A stretch of 64,000 bases of DNA, from NCBI GenBank assembly GCA_963749915.1, contig CAVVOP010000008.1, forward strand, positions 672,001-736,000. The letters are read 5' to 3'. The position numbers and the translations under genes are program-made. The notes under the pieces are model-generated. The model made no database searches and had not been told where the DNA came from. It saw nothing but the letters and a program-made list of their open reading frames with translations. The stretch is from an uncultured cyanobacterium (GTDB lineage Bacteria; Cyanobacteriota; Cyanobacteriia; Cyanobacteriales; Cyanobacteriaceae). Positions within the stretch are counted from its first letter, which is position 1, and every line of letters begins with the position of its first letter. This document shows, piece by piece, positions 41,098-52,297 of this stretch.

Positions 41098-42174
41098 ATG
41101 GTAACAACATTACAAAAACCCGAATACGAAGAAATACGTCCGGGAGTAAAAGCACCAGCCAAAGAAACAATTCTCACTCCCCGTTTTTATACAACGGATT
41201 TCGATGCCATGGCTAAAATGGATATTACCGCTAATGAGGAAGAGTTACAGGCGATTTTGGCAGAATTTAAGGAAGACTATAATCGTCACCATTTTGTCCG
41301 TAATGCTGATTTTGATCAATCATGGGACCATATAGATGGAGAAACCCGTAAATTGTTTGTAGAATTTCTTGAGCGCTCTTGTACTGCGGAATTTTCGGGG
41401 TTTTTATTATATAAAGAATTAGGCAGACGCTTAAAAGATAAAAATCCTGTATTAGCTGAGTGTTTCAACCTCATGTCTAGGGACGAAGCACGTCACGCAG
41501 GTTTCCTCAATAAAGCTATGTCTGACTTCAACTTATCCTTAGATTTAGGATTTTTAACCAAAAGTCGTGACTATACCTTCTTCCAACCCAAATTTATCTT
41601 TTATGCCACCTATCTATCTGAAAAAATCGGTTATTGGCGTTATATCACTATTTACCGTCATTTAGAACAAAATCCCGAAAGTCGTATTTACCCCATCTTC
41701 AAGTTTTTTGAAAATTGGTGTCAAGACGAAAACCGTCACGGGGACTTTTTTGATGCGATTCTCAAGGCTAAACCTGAATACTTAAATGATTGGAAGGCTA
41801 AGCTATGGTGTCGTTTCTTCCTCTTATCGGTATTTGCAACCATGTATCTCAATGATCTACAACGTGCTGACTTTTATGCTTCTATAGGTTTAGATGCACG
41901 AACTTATGATAAACACGTTATTGAGAAAACTAATCATACTGCGGGAAGAGTTTTCCCCGTTATCATTGATGTTAATAACCCTGCTTTTTATGACAGCTTA
42001 GAAATTTGTGTTAGTAACTGTGAAAAATTACGTGCTATTGATGGGAGTAATGCGATCGCACCGCTAAAATTCCTTCGTAAATTACCGTTATTTTTATCTA
42101 ATGCTAGTCAATTTATCCGTCTATACTTTATTGAGCCTATTGACGCAGCAACTTTACAAGGTACAGTTCTTTAA
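41098..42174 (+). CDS. acsF: Mg-protoporphyrin IX monomethyl ester oxidative cyclase
   Basis: [38 protein letters not shown]. Confidence 0.98.
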   Translation: MVTTLQKPEYEEIRPGVKAPAKETILTPRFYTTDFDAMAKMDITANEEELQAILAEFKEDYNRHHFVRNADFDQSWDHIDGETRKLFVEFLERSCTAEFSGFLLYKELGRRLKDKNPVLAECFNLMSRDEARHAGFLNKAMSDFNLSLDLGFLTKSRDYTFFQPKFIFYATYLSEKIGYWRYITIYRHLEQNPESRIYPIFKFFENWCQDENRHGDFFDAILKAKPEYLNDWKAKLWCRFFLLSVFATMYLNDLQRADFYASIGLDARTYDKHVIEKTNHTAGRVFPVIIDVNNPAFYDSLEICVSNCEKLRAIDGSNAIAPLKFLRKLPLFLSNASQFIRLYFIEPIDAATLQGTVL

Positions 42175-42257
42175 ACAATTGATAATTAAAAATCAACAAT
42201 TAATGTAAAGTTTGGTAAGAGTTCAATATCTTTAAACTCTAAGTTTCCAGAATCTTC

Positions 42258-42282
42258 TCCCTCTAATGAGGGATTTTTTTTT
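42258..42282 (+). terminator. Rho-independent terminator after acsF
   Basis: TCCCTC-TAAT-GAGGGA followed by 9 T. Confidence 0.7.
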
Positions 42283-42485
42283 GCCCCATCAGTAGTTAAC
42301 TGATATTTCTTCATCTAAATTTTACACAATTTTAGTAAAGTCTAAGTATTTTTAACGATCATAATAATTATGGTATAATTGGAAACGGGATAGTCTTTTT
42401 TAAGATGTTTTCTGCCTAATAACAATCAGTACTTATCGTTGTTCGTTATTCACAATTCAATCATAAATAATCGGGAGTTAGTAAC

Positions 42486-42938
42486 GTGATTTCTATTGAA
42501 CTACCAGTTAATGTTAGTAATTGGAAAACAGTCAGTTTTGCTTCTACTTTGTATCTTTATCCTGTACTTGACTTATTATTAGAGAAAATACCCAAGCAAC
42601 TACACCCAGAAATAAGATTAGGTCTGCAAGAGGCGTTAGTTAATGCAGCAAAACACGGAAATAAACTTGATCCGAGTAAAAGAGTCGTCGTCAAGTTTTC
42701 CTATCATCGAGGACAATACTCTTGGCTAGTCTGTGACCAAGGTAGTGGATTTGTTCAAGAATGTAGTTGTCCTTTAGAGGAACCAGATTTGCCCCCAGAA
42801 GAGGCAGAAAATGGGAGAGGACTATGTATGTTACACCAGATTTTTGATCAAGTTTTATGGAATAATCAGGGTACTCAAGTTAAACTTTGCAAACAAGTTC
42901 ATAAATTTCCGAAATCCTCTTTACTCATTGCTCAATGA
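42486..42938 (+). CDS. pmgA: RsbW-like ATP-binding protein (PmgA)
   Basis: SFASTLYL, RLGLQEALVNAAKHGN, DQGSGF, ENGRGL. Confidence 0.8.
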   Translation: MISIELPVNVSNWKTVSFASTLYLYPVLDLLLEKIPKQLHPEIRLGLQEALVNAAKHGNKLDPSKRVVVKFSYHRGQYSWLVCDQGSGFVQECSCPLEEPDLPPEEAENGRGLCMLHQIFDQVLWNNQGTQVKLCKQVHKFPKSSLLIAQ

Positions 42939-43213
42939 GATTTTTGGTGTCCATGAGTAGGACACGGTAGCGATTTTATACTACGGTTTAGCCAACCTTG
43001 GGCTTGATTAATTCTCAGTAAGGCTTCTTCTGGTTGATCATTGAGTAAATACACCAAGCTAGATGCTATTTGTTGTAATGCTTGAGCCTTACGATCATTT
43101 TTCAGTTTATGCCAATCGGAAGAACTAATAGTCGTTTTCTCCGCTAACAACTGTGCTAATTCCAAGTTACTCATCTTCGTCGCCACGGATTTTGATTCTA
43201 TATTTAAACTCAT
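42932..43213 (-). CDS. Conserved cyanobacterial hypothetical protein (DUF6439-like)
   Basis: LAQLLAE...DWHKLK...GWL...PCPTHG. Confidence 0.7.
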   Translation of the reverse strand: MSLNIESKSVATKMSNLELAQLLAEKTTISSSDWHKLKNDRKAQALQQIASSLVYLLNDQPEEALLRINQAQGWLNRSIKSLPCPTHGHQKSH

Positions 43214-43253
43214 GTTGTTATAATTCTCCTTAGTATCTTGTTTTTATTGTAGA

Positions 43254-43616
43254 ATGTCTGACCACGAAACTTCCGCCGATACCTCCGATTTTAACATCAC
43301 AGATGCGATCGCCAACTTAGAAGCATCTTTGGAGAAAATAAAGCAACGTCATCAACAAATAATACAAGATCAAAGTAGAAAAGGCGAACTAGAAAACCGT
43401 CAAGGGGAAATAAAAGATTTACAAGCCCAAAAGAATCAGCAAGATTCCATCAAAAGTGAATTGCATTACATCGAAAAAGAGTTAACAGAAATCGAGATGC
43501 GCTTAGAAAGTGAACTATTCAAATGGAGTAGTTTGATAGAACCTTTTTGGCTGATGGTGCGCTGTGGAGGCATCGGGGTAATTATCGGTTGGATACTAAA
43601 AACAATGAACAATTAA
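43254..43616 (+). CDS. Coiled-coil protein with C-terminal TM segment
   Basis: LESELF...FWLMVRCGGIGVIIGWILK tail. Confidence 0.7.
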   Translation: MSDHETSADTSDFNITDAIANLEASLEKIKQRHQQIIQDQSRKGELENRQGEIKDLQAQKNQQDSIKSELHYIEKELTEIEMRLESELFKWSSLIEPFWLMVRCGGIGVIIGWILKTMNN

Positions 43617-43623
43617 TTTTCTT

Positions 43624-43729
43624 CTAGTGGTCTAGCAATTTTGAAATGAGGGATAGCAGGATTCTCCAAAATCTAAAATCCAAAATTATCCGTTCCCAGT
43701 CCCTCAAAACTATCTTGACAGACCACTAG
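43624..43729. mobile_element. 106-bp MITE with 10-bp perfect terminal inverted repeats
   Basis: CTAGTGGTCT...AGACCACTAG with internal AAATCCA-type heptamers; homologous to 18422-18515. Confidence 0.85.
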
Positions 43730-43791
43730 TCTTCCAGTCTTGCCGGTCTTTCTAACATGGGTCTTTCTAACAATCGCTACGCTACCAATTA

Positions 43792-44385
43792 TTAACTGTG
43801 TATTCTCGGTTCGGGATAAAGATTACTAAGTATATCGCTTTCTAACTCTGCTAATTCTTGCAATCTCTCATCTACCGTCTCTCGATCGAAATATTGCGTT
43901 GCTAATACCCAGTAAATACCATAGTGTCTTGCCTCCGAAGCCATTAAACCTCGATAAAATTTAGCTAAATCAACATCAGGACAATGATCAGCTAATAAAC
44001 CTAGTCTTTCATGGGATCGAGCTTCAATTAACGCCGATACTAATAAAGAGTCTAAAAGCCGATAAGGTTCCTGTCTTCTGATGGCCTCTTTTAAGGTTGC
44101 ACCATAGGGAGAAGGTTTTAAAGGTGCAAGGGGAATACCTTTTTTTTCTAACCATTGGTTAACCTGCTCAAAATGCTCTAATTCTTCCTTAGCGATCGCT
44201 GTAAGTTGATGAATTAAAGCTTCATGGGAAGGATAACGAAATAACATATTCACTGCTACTCCTGCCGCTTTACGTTCACAGTGAGAATGATCAAGTAATA
44301 TTACATCTAAGTTACGTAGAGCCTGTTGTAACCATGATTCGTGAGTGGGTTGACAAAGTAGCCTGATTTTAGTATAAGTTGACAC
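43792..44385 (-). CDS. miaE: tRNA-(ms2io6A)-hydroxylase
   Basis: DHSHCERKAA, EELEHF, IEARSHER, SEARHY, PRIHS. Confidence 0.92.
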   Translation of the reverse strand: MSTYTKIRLLCQPTHESWLQQALRNLDVILLDHSHCERKAAGVAVNMLFRYPSHEALIHQLTAIAKEELEHFEQVNQWLEKKGIPLAPLKPSPYGATLKEAIRRQEPYRLLDSLLVSALIEARSHERLGLLADHCPDVDLAKFYRGLMASEARHYGIYWVLATQYFDRETVDERLQELAELESDILSNLYPEPRIHS

Positions 44386-44494
44386 AAGTTTAATTGAATA
44401 TAAATATTTGGTGACTTAAAAATAATAAAATAATTTGGGCTACACTAAATTGTAGAATCTGTAAATTAAGACCTAAAATTAACATAATACAGGA

Positions 44495-45244
44495 ATGAGT
44501 AACAAAAGATTGGTAATTGGAGATGTTCACGGTCACTATGATGCTTTATCAGGATTATTAGAACATATTTCCCCAGATAAAGATGATGAAGTTTATTTTC
44601 TTGGAGATTTAATTGATCGTGGTCCTCAAAGTGCCCAAGTAGTAGAATTCGTTATGAAGAATAACTATAATTGTATTCAGGGTAACCATGAAATTATGTT
44701 AATCGATGCGTTAGGTGGAGAACAAGTAAATCACAGAATGTTGCAAGGGTGGCTACAGAATGGAGGCAACAGTACAGTCATTAGTTACGGTCAAAAAATG
44801 CCTTCCATTGAGCATATCGAATGGATTAAAACTCTACCTCTATACTTTGACTTAGATGATTATTGGTTAGTTCATGCCGGAGTAGATCCTCACCTGACAC
44901 TGGAACAACAATCTTCTGATCAATTTTGTTGGATTCGCAGACAATTTCACAGTAGCCATAAGCCATATTTCAATGATAAAACTATCATTATCGGTCATAC
45001 TATTACCTTTACGTTTAAAGGACTAAAACCAGGTCAGTTAGCCACTGGAGAAGGTTGGATTGGCATTGACACCGGAGTTTATCATCGTGAACAGGGATGG
45101 TTAACGGCCTTAGAATTAAATGATTCTATGGTGTATCAGGTGGATAGTTTTGGTAAAAATTTTCGTAAATTTCCTTTAACTGAAACTCTTATTCCTATTA
45201 ATACCCGTAAATTATTAGATCGTCGTCAAAAGATCTTATTTTAA
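44495..45244 (+). CDS. PPP-family metallophosphoesterase (Ser/Thr phosphatase-like)
   Basis: GDVHG, GDLIDRG, GNHE, VHAG, GHT, IDTG. Confidence 0.9.
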   Translation: MSNKRLVIGDVHGHYDALSGLLEHISPDKDDEVYFLGDLIDRGPQSAQVVEFVMKNNYNCIQGNHEIMLIDALGGEQVNHRMLQGWLQNGGNSTVISYGQKMPSIEHIEWIKTLPLYFDLDDYWLVHAGVDPHLTLEQQSSDQFCWIRRQFHSSHKPYFNDKTIIIGHTITFTFKGLKPGQLATGEGWIGIDTGVYHREQGWLTALELNDSMVYQVDSFGKNFRKFPLTETLIPINTRKLLDRRQKILF

Positions 45245-45521
45245 TTAATTAACAGTTAATTTTTTTCTAGGAATCCGTCATACTTAAGGGGTTAAGTTGT
45301 CAAAATACAATACATATGTTCAGCGAAAATACCAAAACAAGACCCCTCAGTAAATTTACTTAATTTTGGATGCTCTGAGGTCTTTAAAGTCGCAAAAATT
45401 CCAGGTCCTACAGACTCTAGCGGAAGAATGCAGAATTGAGAATGTAGAATGAAAAACCTTTAATTTTCAGGGCTTACAAGAATTTTAAACTCCCTTTTTA
45501 TTTCCTCACTCTGTCACTGGA

Positions 45522-45740
45522 TTATAAATAATAGTGTAACAACCGCCTGATTTTGTTTTTTAGATTAGTTCGATGACTGCCAATAGGATAATGAATGGCT
45601 AATAAAGGTAATTTAAAAAATCCGGGTGCACTGTAATTAGAAGATAAGTTAATTCCTGCTGCGGTTTTAAATAAATAAGCCCCATAACAAAAAGCGATCG
45701 CCATAGATAATTTAGTCAATAAAATTACTTTTTTGTTCAT
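45522..45740 (-). CDS. Small hypothetical protein
   Basis: 72-aa ORF with N-terminal hydrophobic segment. Confidence 0.45.
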   Translation of the reverse strand: MNKKVILLTKLSMAIAFCYGAYLFKTAAGINLSSNYSAPGFFKLPLLAIHYPIGSHRTNLKNKIRRLLHYYL

Positions 45741-45883
45741 TTAAAAAAAAATTAGTAATAGATTTTTCCATAGTAGAACAATTAAAAGTTAATTATCTGG
45801 TTACAACACACATGATTTTGCCATTCCTTGGCTCCAATACTACTCGGAAGCGTGCCAAAAACATTAGGGCGAAGGAAAAGAAA

Positions 45884-45918
45884 GTAATAGGTAATAGGTA
45901 ATAGGTAATAGGTAATAG
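45884..45918 (+). repeat. Heptamer tandem repeat (STRR) following a CAATACTACTCGG MITE-like end at 45835
   Basis: Five copies of GTAATAG. The same end sequence occurs at 319. Confidence 0.85.
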
Positions 45919-45970
45919 GTAAGTAGTATGAAGTTTTTGTAAAGCTTTAGCTAATAAAAGAGACAAGACA

Positions 45971-46149
45971 ATGCCTGTAACAAGTAAACAACCTTATCCC
46001 ATCGGATCGGAGACAGCATCTATCCATTATCCAACTTCGGAACATGGGATATAGCCCAAGCCGAAGCCCTCATTCTTGGCAATAACCTAGTCACTATCAA
46101 TGATGCCAAAGAACAAACCTTCTTACGATTCGGATCGGTCAATAAATAA
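45971..46149 (+). pseudogene. C-type-lectin-like domain fragment
   Basis: Frame from 46021 reads YPLSNFGTWDIAQAEALILGNNLVTINDAKEQTFL; the upstream ATG is out of frame. Confidence 0.55.
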
Positions 46150-46326
46150 CGATCGCATTGTGGGGGATGGCTCGATAATTCCATTTCGGCAACAAATCAT
46201 AAAATACGATCTTGAAAAAGCGACAATAATTGATTGTGTTGATACTCCCTCACTTTTATTTTTCAACAAAGATAACTAAAACGAAAATATTTAAACCAAC
46301 AATTTATCACAAGTAAATACAAAACT

Positions 46327-46508
46327 ATGGCTATTATTTCGGGAACCCCAACTAATGGAAACGACAACATTATTGCCGATGGAGCTAATGACTTTATCAA
46401 TGCACTAGCGGGTGACGATACAGTTGATGGCGGAGCTGGCAATGAGGAGAGGGGGACGACATCATTACTAAAGGAGCGGGGAATGATAATATCGAGCGAT
46501 TCAACATC
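46327..46508 (+). pseudogene. N-terminal fragment of an RTX-type Ca-binding protein
   Basis: GTPTNGNDNI...DFINALAGDDTVDGGAGN nonapeptide repeats, ending before the IS982 element. Confidence 0.65.
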
Positions 46509-46518
46509 ACCTGAGTTC

Positions 46519-47177
46519 ACCTGAGTTCGATATAAGAAAATAGTCTCAAACTCTTAACTTGTATGAGTTTTGGGTTTATACTATTTTTCGCTATTTTACA
46601 ATTCTTAATGTATTAAAAGTTCTACTAATCGGCTTTAAACTACATTTAATTATTAATGAATTGGGAGAAATATTGGCATTTCAAATAACAAAAGGTAATG
46701 TGGACGATAGAAAAACAGTACTTTATTTAACGAAGGATTTATGGGGTCGATTATTTGGAGATAAGGGCTACATTTCTCAAGATTTATTTCAACAATTATG
46801 GCTGAAAAATATTAAATTAATAACACCATTCAAAAAAAAGATGAATAATAAATTATTAGAATTATGGGAAAAATTAATGTTAAGAAAAAGGTCATTAATT
46901 GAGACAGTAAATGATCAGCTACAAAATATATCACAAATAGTGCATTCTCGTCACAGAAGTCCAATTAGTTTTTTAGTGAATGCCGTGGCAGGATTAATAG
47001 CTTATTATCTGCATTAGTAATTTAATTTTTTATCCATATAAAAATAAATAAAATCACAGCTAAAAATGGTTATTTTAGCTGTGATTTGTTCGGCGTATTT
47101 GTTGTTGAAAATTAACATAAAGGTCAAAATACTTGACATACCTTATTTTCAGTTTTATTGTTACATCGAACTCAGGT
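46519..47177 (+). mobile_element. Internally deleted IS982-family element
   Basis: TIRs ACCTGAGTTCGAT / ATCGAACTCAGGT. ORF 46559-47017 keeps only the C-terminal half (GFKLHLIIN, LFGDKGYIS, RKRSLIETVNDQL, HSRHRS). Confidence 0.88.
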
Positions 47178-47259
47178 ATTCATGCACTTATTTCCAGTGG
47201 TATGATTAATTTAAATAAATGTGTCAGGCAGTCAGGTATTGGGGTTAGTCTTCCCTTTC

Positions 47260-47988
47260 TTAGAGATAAATATAATAGTAAAAGTTAGGTTGAATCCGTG
47301 AATTAATGGCGATACTCATAATATAATTATCGGATAAATTCCGTGTTTTTAACTGCCAGTTATTATCTTCTTCTTGATCTTTTTTTTTCTTAAGAAACTT
47401 AATTTTTTGATTATTTTCGTCTAAGGTTAAACAAATACTGTCCAACCCCGCTGATAATCCTTCTCCGATGGCTTTTAAATAGGCTTCTTTTATTGTCCAT
47501 AATTTAAAAAAATATTCAACTTTTTTCTCTGATGATAAGTTAATTATATAATGAGATTCTTCCTCACAAAAAAAACGTTTAGCAATGTTTTCTACTTGCA
47601 CTTTATCATCAATTTTTTCTAAGTCAATACCTATCTTCTCTTTACTGATCCCATAAACAGCATAATTATTTTTATGGGAAAGGTTAAACTCTATTTTAGG
47701 AAAGATTTCTCTGTCTAATAGTGGTTTTCCTTTTTGGTTATAAATAAAGGAAATTTTCTGAGGTTTGATTCCTAAATATCTACTTAAAATTATCCTTAAG
47801 CATCCCCGACTAATTATAAAACTTTCTTGTAGGAAACTGGAGTAAAATCTCTTAGCTTTTTCCTGTTCCTCCCGTGATAAGATTTCTCTAAATTTATTAA
47901 CATTCTCTCCATAACTTTCTATATCGAGCATCCAAATATGGACATCATTATGAGTTAAACTTAAATCTTGTGGTGGTTTATCCCACAT
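47260..47988 (-). CDS. Sfp-type 4'-phosphopantetheinyl transferase (HetI-like)
   Basis: GKP, FNLSH, IGIDLE, WTIKEAYLKAIGEGL. Confidence 0.92.
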   Translation of the reverse strand: MWDKPPQDLSLTHNDVHIWMLDIESYGENVNKFREILSREEQEKAKRFYSSFLQESFIISRGCLRIILSRYLGIKPQKISFIYNQKGKPLLDREIFPKIEFNLSHKNNYAVYGISKEKIGIDLEKIDDKVQVENIAKRFFCEEESHYIINLSSEKKVEYFFKLWTIKEAYLKAIGEGLSAGLDSICLTLDENNQKIKFLKKKKDQEEDNNWQLKTRNLSDNYIMSIAINSRIQPNFYYYIYL

Positions 47989-48015
47989 ATATATAATATT
48001 TAAAATAATTAAATA

Positions 48016-49005
48016 ATGGTGAAATTACAAGACATTGGAGAACATCAATTATTAGCAATAATTCGCCAATATTGTGATCAAGAAAAAATCGGGGATGATG
48101 GTGCTGTCCTTAACGTTAACCGCAGTAAAAAATTAGTGGTCACTACCGATATTCTAGTGGAAAATGTCCATTTTAGCCATCGCACTACTCCTCCCCATTC
48201 TATCGGTTATCGTGCCGCCGCTGCTAATTTGTCGGACTTAGCTGCTATGGGGGCAACACCCATTGGTCTCACCGTTGGTTTATCCCTAAGGAAAGAGGTG
48301 GAAATTTCATGGATAGAATCAGTCTATCAAGGCATCCAAGAATGTCTTGCGAAATTTACTACTAGGATTGTAGGTGGAGACACCACACGTTCAGCAGTAA
48401 ATACCATCGCCATTACCGCTTTGGGAGAAGTAAGGCAAAATCAAGCAATCTATCGACACACCGCTGAAGTGGGAGACTTAATTGTCATAACAGGTTGTCA
48501 TGGACTAGCAAGGGCAGGGTTAGAAATATTGCTAAATCCTGAAAAATATCCTCATATAACCACAGAAACAAGGAGAAAGGTGATTTTTGCCCACCAATAC
48601 CCTCAACCCCGTTTGGATGTGATTAAACGCATTAAAAACCTTAATCCTTACCCTAAAATTACGGGCATGGATAGCAGTGACGGATTAGCCGATGCTATTT
48701 TGCAAATTTGTCAAATGAGTCATGTCGGTGCGAGGATTAACCGCCGAAAAATTCCTATTCCTTTAGCCATAAGAGAAATAACGGATGATGAAACCGCTTT
48801 AAATTGGGTATTATATGGGGGGGAAGACTTTGAGTTAGTTGTCTGTGTGGAGAGAGAAATTGGACAATATTTCAAACTAAATTTAGGAGAAAACTGTCAT
48901 ATCATAGGTGAAATTGTTGCATCATCTGAGATACAATTAGTTGATCCTGAAAATATCTATCCCAAACTTTTGTTAAATCAAGAGAAAACTTTTCAGCATT
49001 TTTAG
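48016..49005 (+). CDS. thiL: Thiamine-monophosphate kinase
   Basis: IGDDGA, NLSDLAAMG, GGDT, DSSDGL, GGEDFEL. Confidence 0.95.
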   Translation: MVKLQDIGEHQLLAIIRQYCDQEKIGDDGAVLNVNRSKKLVVTTDILVENVHFSHRTTPPHSIGYRAAAANLSDLAAMGATPIGLTVGLSLRKEVEISWIESVYQGIQECLAKFTTRIVGGDTTRSAVNTIAITALGEVRQNQAIYRHTAEVGDLIVITGCHGLARAGLEILLNPEKYPHITTETRRKVIFAHQYPQPRLDVIKRIKNLNPYPKITGMDSSDGLADAILQICQMSHVGARINRRKIPIPLAIREITDDETALNWVLYGGEDFELVVCVEREIGQYFKLNLGENCHIIGEIVASSEIQLVDPENIYPKLLLNQEKTFQHF

Positions 49006-49074
49006 CTATACTAATCTATAGTCCATAGTTATTAATCCATCTACTCCCTATAATCTTTAAGTGTTAATCAAATC

Positions 49075-49446
49075 ATGATTAAAATTTTAGTTGTCGATGA
49101 TAATCATACTCCCAGAGAAGTGATCTGCGAAGCACTGAAGCAATTTAATATTCAAGTAAAAGAAGCCGAAAATGGGGTAGAGGCGACAAAAATTTTAGAA
49201 GAAGAAAAAATGAATTTAGTAATTACAGATGTAGTTATGCCAGAAATGAATGGTTATGAATTATGTCGTTGGATAAAAACTAACCCCGCCACAGAAAAGG
49301 TACCCGTAATTATTTGCTCAACTAAAGGAGAAGATTTTGACATTCACTGGGCAACGAAACAAGGTGCTGATGCCTATATTATCAAGCCTTTTAAAACGAT
49401 GGAATTACTCAAAACTATCAAGTATTTACTGAAGCATAATGTCTAA
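49075..49446 (+). CDS. Single-domain CheY-like response regulator
   Basis: ILVVDD, TDVVMPEMNG, YIIKPF. Confidence 0.92.
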   Translation: MIKILVVDDNHTPREVICEALKQFNIQVKEAENGVEATKILEEEKMNLVITDVVMPEMNGYELCRWIKTNPATEKVPVIICSTKGEDFDIHWATKQGADAYIIKPFKTMELLKTIKYLLKHNV

Positions 49447-49593
49447 ATGGAGGCGACTAAAAAAGTTTTGTGGGGAGAAAAGGGAATAGGGAATAGTGAA
49501 CAGATCCAGTTTTATTCAAATACTTTTAGAATAATCAGTTCAAATGCTTCTGGGGTTACTTATTATTTATTACTTACTTATTGAAATTCTTCC

Positions 49594-50916
49594 ATGAATA
49601 ACGATTCCATAACTGTAATTGGTGGTGGTTTAGCAGGTACAGAAGCCGCATGGCAAATCGCTCAGGCAGGTATTTCCGTTAATTTGTACGAAATGCGTCC
49701 TGTAGTTAAAAGTCCTGCTCATCATAGTGAAGAATTGGCCGAATTAGTGTGTAGTAACTCTTTCGGTGCTGATGCCACAGATCGAGCGGCAGGATTGTTA
49801 CATGAAGAGTTACGTTATCTTAACTCCATTGTCATTCAAACTGCCGATCGCCACCGTGTACCTGCAGGAGGAGCGTTGGCAGTGGATCGAGGAGTTTTTA
49901 GTCAAGAATTAACCCAAACCCTTGCTAATCATCCTTTAATCACCCTTAGACGAGAAGAAATTAAGGTGATACCAGCTGATGGGATTGTCGTATTAGCCAC
50001 AGGTCCTCTTACAAGTCCACCTTTAGCCCAAGACTTGCAAAATTTGACGGGGATGGATTACCTGAACTTTTTTGATGCCGCTAGTCCTATTGTTGTGGGA
50101 GAATCGATAAATAAAGACATTGCCTTTCTTGCGTCTCGTTACGATAAAGGAGAGGCCGCATATTTGAATTGCCCCATGAATAAAGAGGAGTATTTGCATT
50201 TTTGGCAAGAATTACGTCAAGCCCAACAAGCGGAATTGAAGGATTTTGAACGAGAAAATGCCAACTTTTTTGAAGCCTGTTTACCCATAGAAGAATTAGC
50301 ACAACGGGGAGAAGATACCATGAGATATGGTCCGTTAAAACCCATCGGGTTATTTGATGCTCGTTTGGGAAATTTTAAGGAACATAAAGATAAGCGTCCC
50401 TATGCAGTGGTGCAATTGCGCCAGGAAGATAAAGCCGGACAGTTGTGGAACCTGGTAGGTTTTCAAACAAATTTACGATGGGGAGAACAACAAAGGGTAT
50501 TTCGGATCATTCCGGGGTTGGAAAATGCCGAATTTGTGAGGATGGGAGTAATGCACCAAAACACCTTTTTAAATGCACCCCAATTGTTAAAAAATACTTT
50601 ACAGTTTAAATACCGAGATACATTGTTAGCGGCGGGTCAAATTATCGGCACTGAAGGTTATACGGCAGCGGCGGCAGGGGGATGGTTAGCGGGGACAAAT
50701 GCTGCTAGGGTGGCTCAAAATAAACAACCTTTAACTCTTCCCAGGGTCACCATGATGGGTGCTTTATTCGAGTTTATCAGCACCGCAGACCCTAAGCATT
50801 TTCAACCAATGCCTCCGAATTTTGGCATTATTCCCACCTTTTCTGAAAAAATACGCAATAAAAGAGAACGTTATCAAGCCTATGCGATGCGATCGTTAAA
50901 TGCTATTAAGGAATGA
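49594..50916 (+). CDS. trmFO: Folate/FAD-dependent tRNA m5U54 methyltransferase
   Basis: [46 protein letters not shown]. Confidence 0.96.
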   Translation: MNNDSITVIGGGLAGTEAAWQIAQAGISVNLYEMRPVVKSPAHHSEELAELVCSNSFGADATDRAAGLLHEELRYLNSIVIQTADRHRVPAGGALAVDRGVFSQELTQTLANHPLITLRREEIKVIPADGIVVLATGPLTSPPLAQDLQNLTGMDYLNFFDAASPIVVGESINKDIAFLASRYDKGEAAYLNCPMNKEEYLHFWQELRQAQQAELKDFERENANFFEACLPIEELAQRGEDTMRYGPLKPIGLFDARLGNFKEHKDKRPYAVVQLRQEDKAGQLWNLVGFQTNLRWGEQQRVFRIIPGLENAEFVRMGVMHQNTFLNAPQLLKNTLQFKYRDTLLAAGQIIGTEGYTAAAAGGWLAGTNAARVAQNKQPLTLPRVTMMGALFEFISTADPKHFQPMPPNFGIIPTFSEKIRNKRERYQAYAMRSLNAIKE

Positions 50917-51014
50917 GAATTTAAACGGAAACCTTGCTATAAAAAAGAGTTTCGGTTTTTTATTATCCGGCAATGGTTATTAGAGTTCACCGAAGAAGAA
51001 AAGATTAACCGCCA

Positions 51015-51134
51015 ATGAAAGAATACTTAAAAGTGGCAAAAAAAAAGAAAGTAAAAATTGAAGTTGGGGAAGAAGCGATCAAAAAGCAATTATCATATAT
51101 GAAGAGGAATTTAGAAAGTATTGGTAAGTTAATT
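51015..51134 (+). pseudogene. IS5-family transposase internal fragment
   Basis: KEYLKVAKK...AIKKQLSYMKRNL resembles cyanobacterial IS5 transposases; cut off by MITE copy 2. Confidence 0.55.
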
Positions 51135-51429
51135 CTGGTTCTAACGGATTTTGTGGTCAACCAGTTTTTAGGGGTCTTCGACCATTCATCGAACTGGCAA
51201 TTAGCAAATTGTGCAGCCAGTTGTGATGGTATTGAAATTCATTGAGGTCTTTAAAGGGCGAAATCCGCTCAGAGTCTGATGAGCAAGTTCTTGAAGAATA
51301 GGGATGAAAATTCCACACCAGTGCCATCGAGGGTACATAGAGTCGAGCTGATTCTTTCGTGCCGTGAAAGTATTGCAGTGTCGGCGATCGCCCTTGATTT
51401 CTAATGACCACAAAATCCGTTAGAACCAG
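51135..51429 (-). mobile_element. 295-bp MITE, copy 2 (inverted)
   Basis: Same 25-bp TIRs. Internal ORF translations are identical to those of copy 1. Confidence 0.93.
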
Positions 51430-51560
51430 CTTTGTTCAACCTTGATTATTTAAGTGATTTAGAATTATGGTTAGAAGATAACACTTAATATCATCGATAT
51501 TAAATAGCCCCATTGAGTTTCGCTACAATCAAGAAAATAGCTAAAAAGCATGGATTTAAA

Positions 51561-52202
51561 ATGATTGCCGTTGTTACACCCCAAAAAATCCAGTTATCTC
51601 CAGGTACAGTAGTTCATTTGCTTGGTACATGGGAAGACTATCAAGTATTAATTGAACAACGAGGAGATAAAGCTAACCCACGCATCAAATATCGAGTAGG
51701 AGAAATTTTATTAATGTCCCCCCTTCCTAAACATGGACGAGAAGCCAATACCATCGCTGACCTGATTAAGGTTTTGCTAGATCACTTAGGACAGAAATAT
51801 GAAGCTTTCACACCCATGACAATGGATTTGCTGGAAATAGGTGGCATTGAACCTGACTATAGTTTTTATATTGATAATTGGGAAGTGGCAGTGGGGAAAG
51901 ATCGGATTGATTGGAGTACAGAACCACCACCGGATTTAGTCCTAGAAATTGATGTCACCAGTTACACTGATGTTAATGATTATCTGCCTTATAAAGTCCC
52001 TGAAGTTTGGATATACAAGAAAAATCAACTCATGATTTATGTCCTAGAAACAGATAGCTACTCTCTTGTCTCTAATAGTCGCTATTTTCCTAATCTTAAT
52101 GTAAAGGAAATTGTGTCAGAATATATAGAACTTGCCAGACAAAGCAGTTCAAGTGTGGCAATGGGTATCTTAAGAAGTCGTTTTCCCAGTACTTTCAATT
52201 GA
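51561..52202 (+). CDS. Uma2-family (DUF820) endonuclease-fold protein
   Basis: TWEDY, MSPLPKH, EPDYSFYI, PPDLVLEIDVTS, VPEVW. Likely start ATG at 51561. Confidence 0.88.
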   Translation: MIAVVTPQKIQLSPGTVVHLLGTWEDYQVLIEQRGDKANPRIKYRVGEILLMSPLPKHGREANTIADLIKVLLDHLGQKYEAFTPMTMDLLEIGGIEPDYSFYIDNWEVAVGKDRIDWSTEPPPDLVLEIDVTSYTDVNDYLPYKVPEVWIYKKNQLMIYVLETDSYSLVSNSRYFPNLNVKEIVSEYIELARQSSSSVAMGILRSRFPSTFN

Positions 52203-52216
52203 TACGAACTATTAGC

Positions 52217-52297
52217 GAACGAGCAGAGCAAGAAAAACAACGAGCAGAGCTTTTTGCCGCACAATTACAAGCTTTAGGGGTTGAGGTCGATTGTTGA
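52217..52297 (+). pseudogene. Orphan C-terminal tail of a second Uma2-type gene
   Basis: ERAEQEKQRAELFAAQLQALGVEVDC*, the coiled-coil tail typical of cyanobacterial Uma2 proteins. Confidence 0.55.

Noticed and set aside
40890..41177. ORFs between futA and acsF
   Set aside because: They overlap the divergent promoter region and the acsF start, with no recognisable family.
47260..47988. PPTase as a sign of an NRPS/PKS cluster
   Set aside because: No NRPS or PKS genes in the window; a single Sfp-type PPTase is normal in cyanobacteria.
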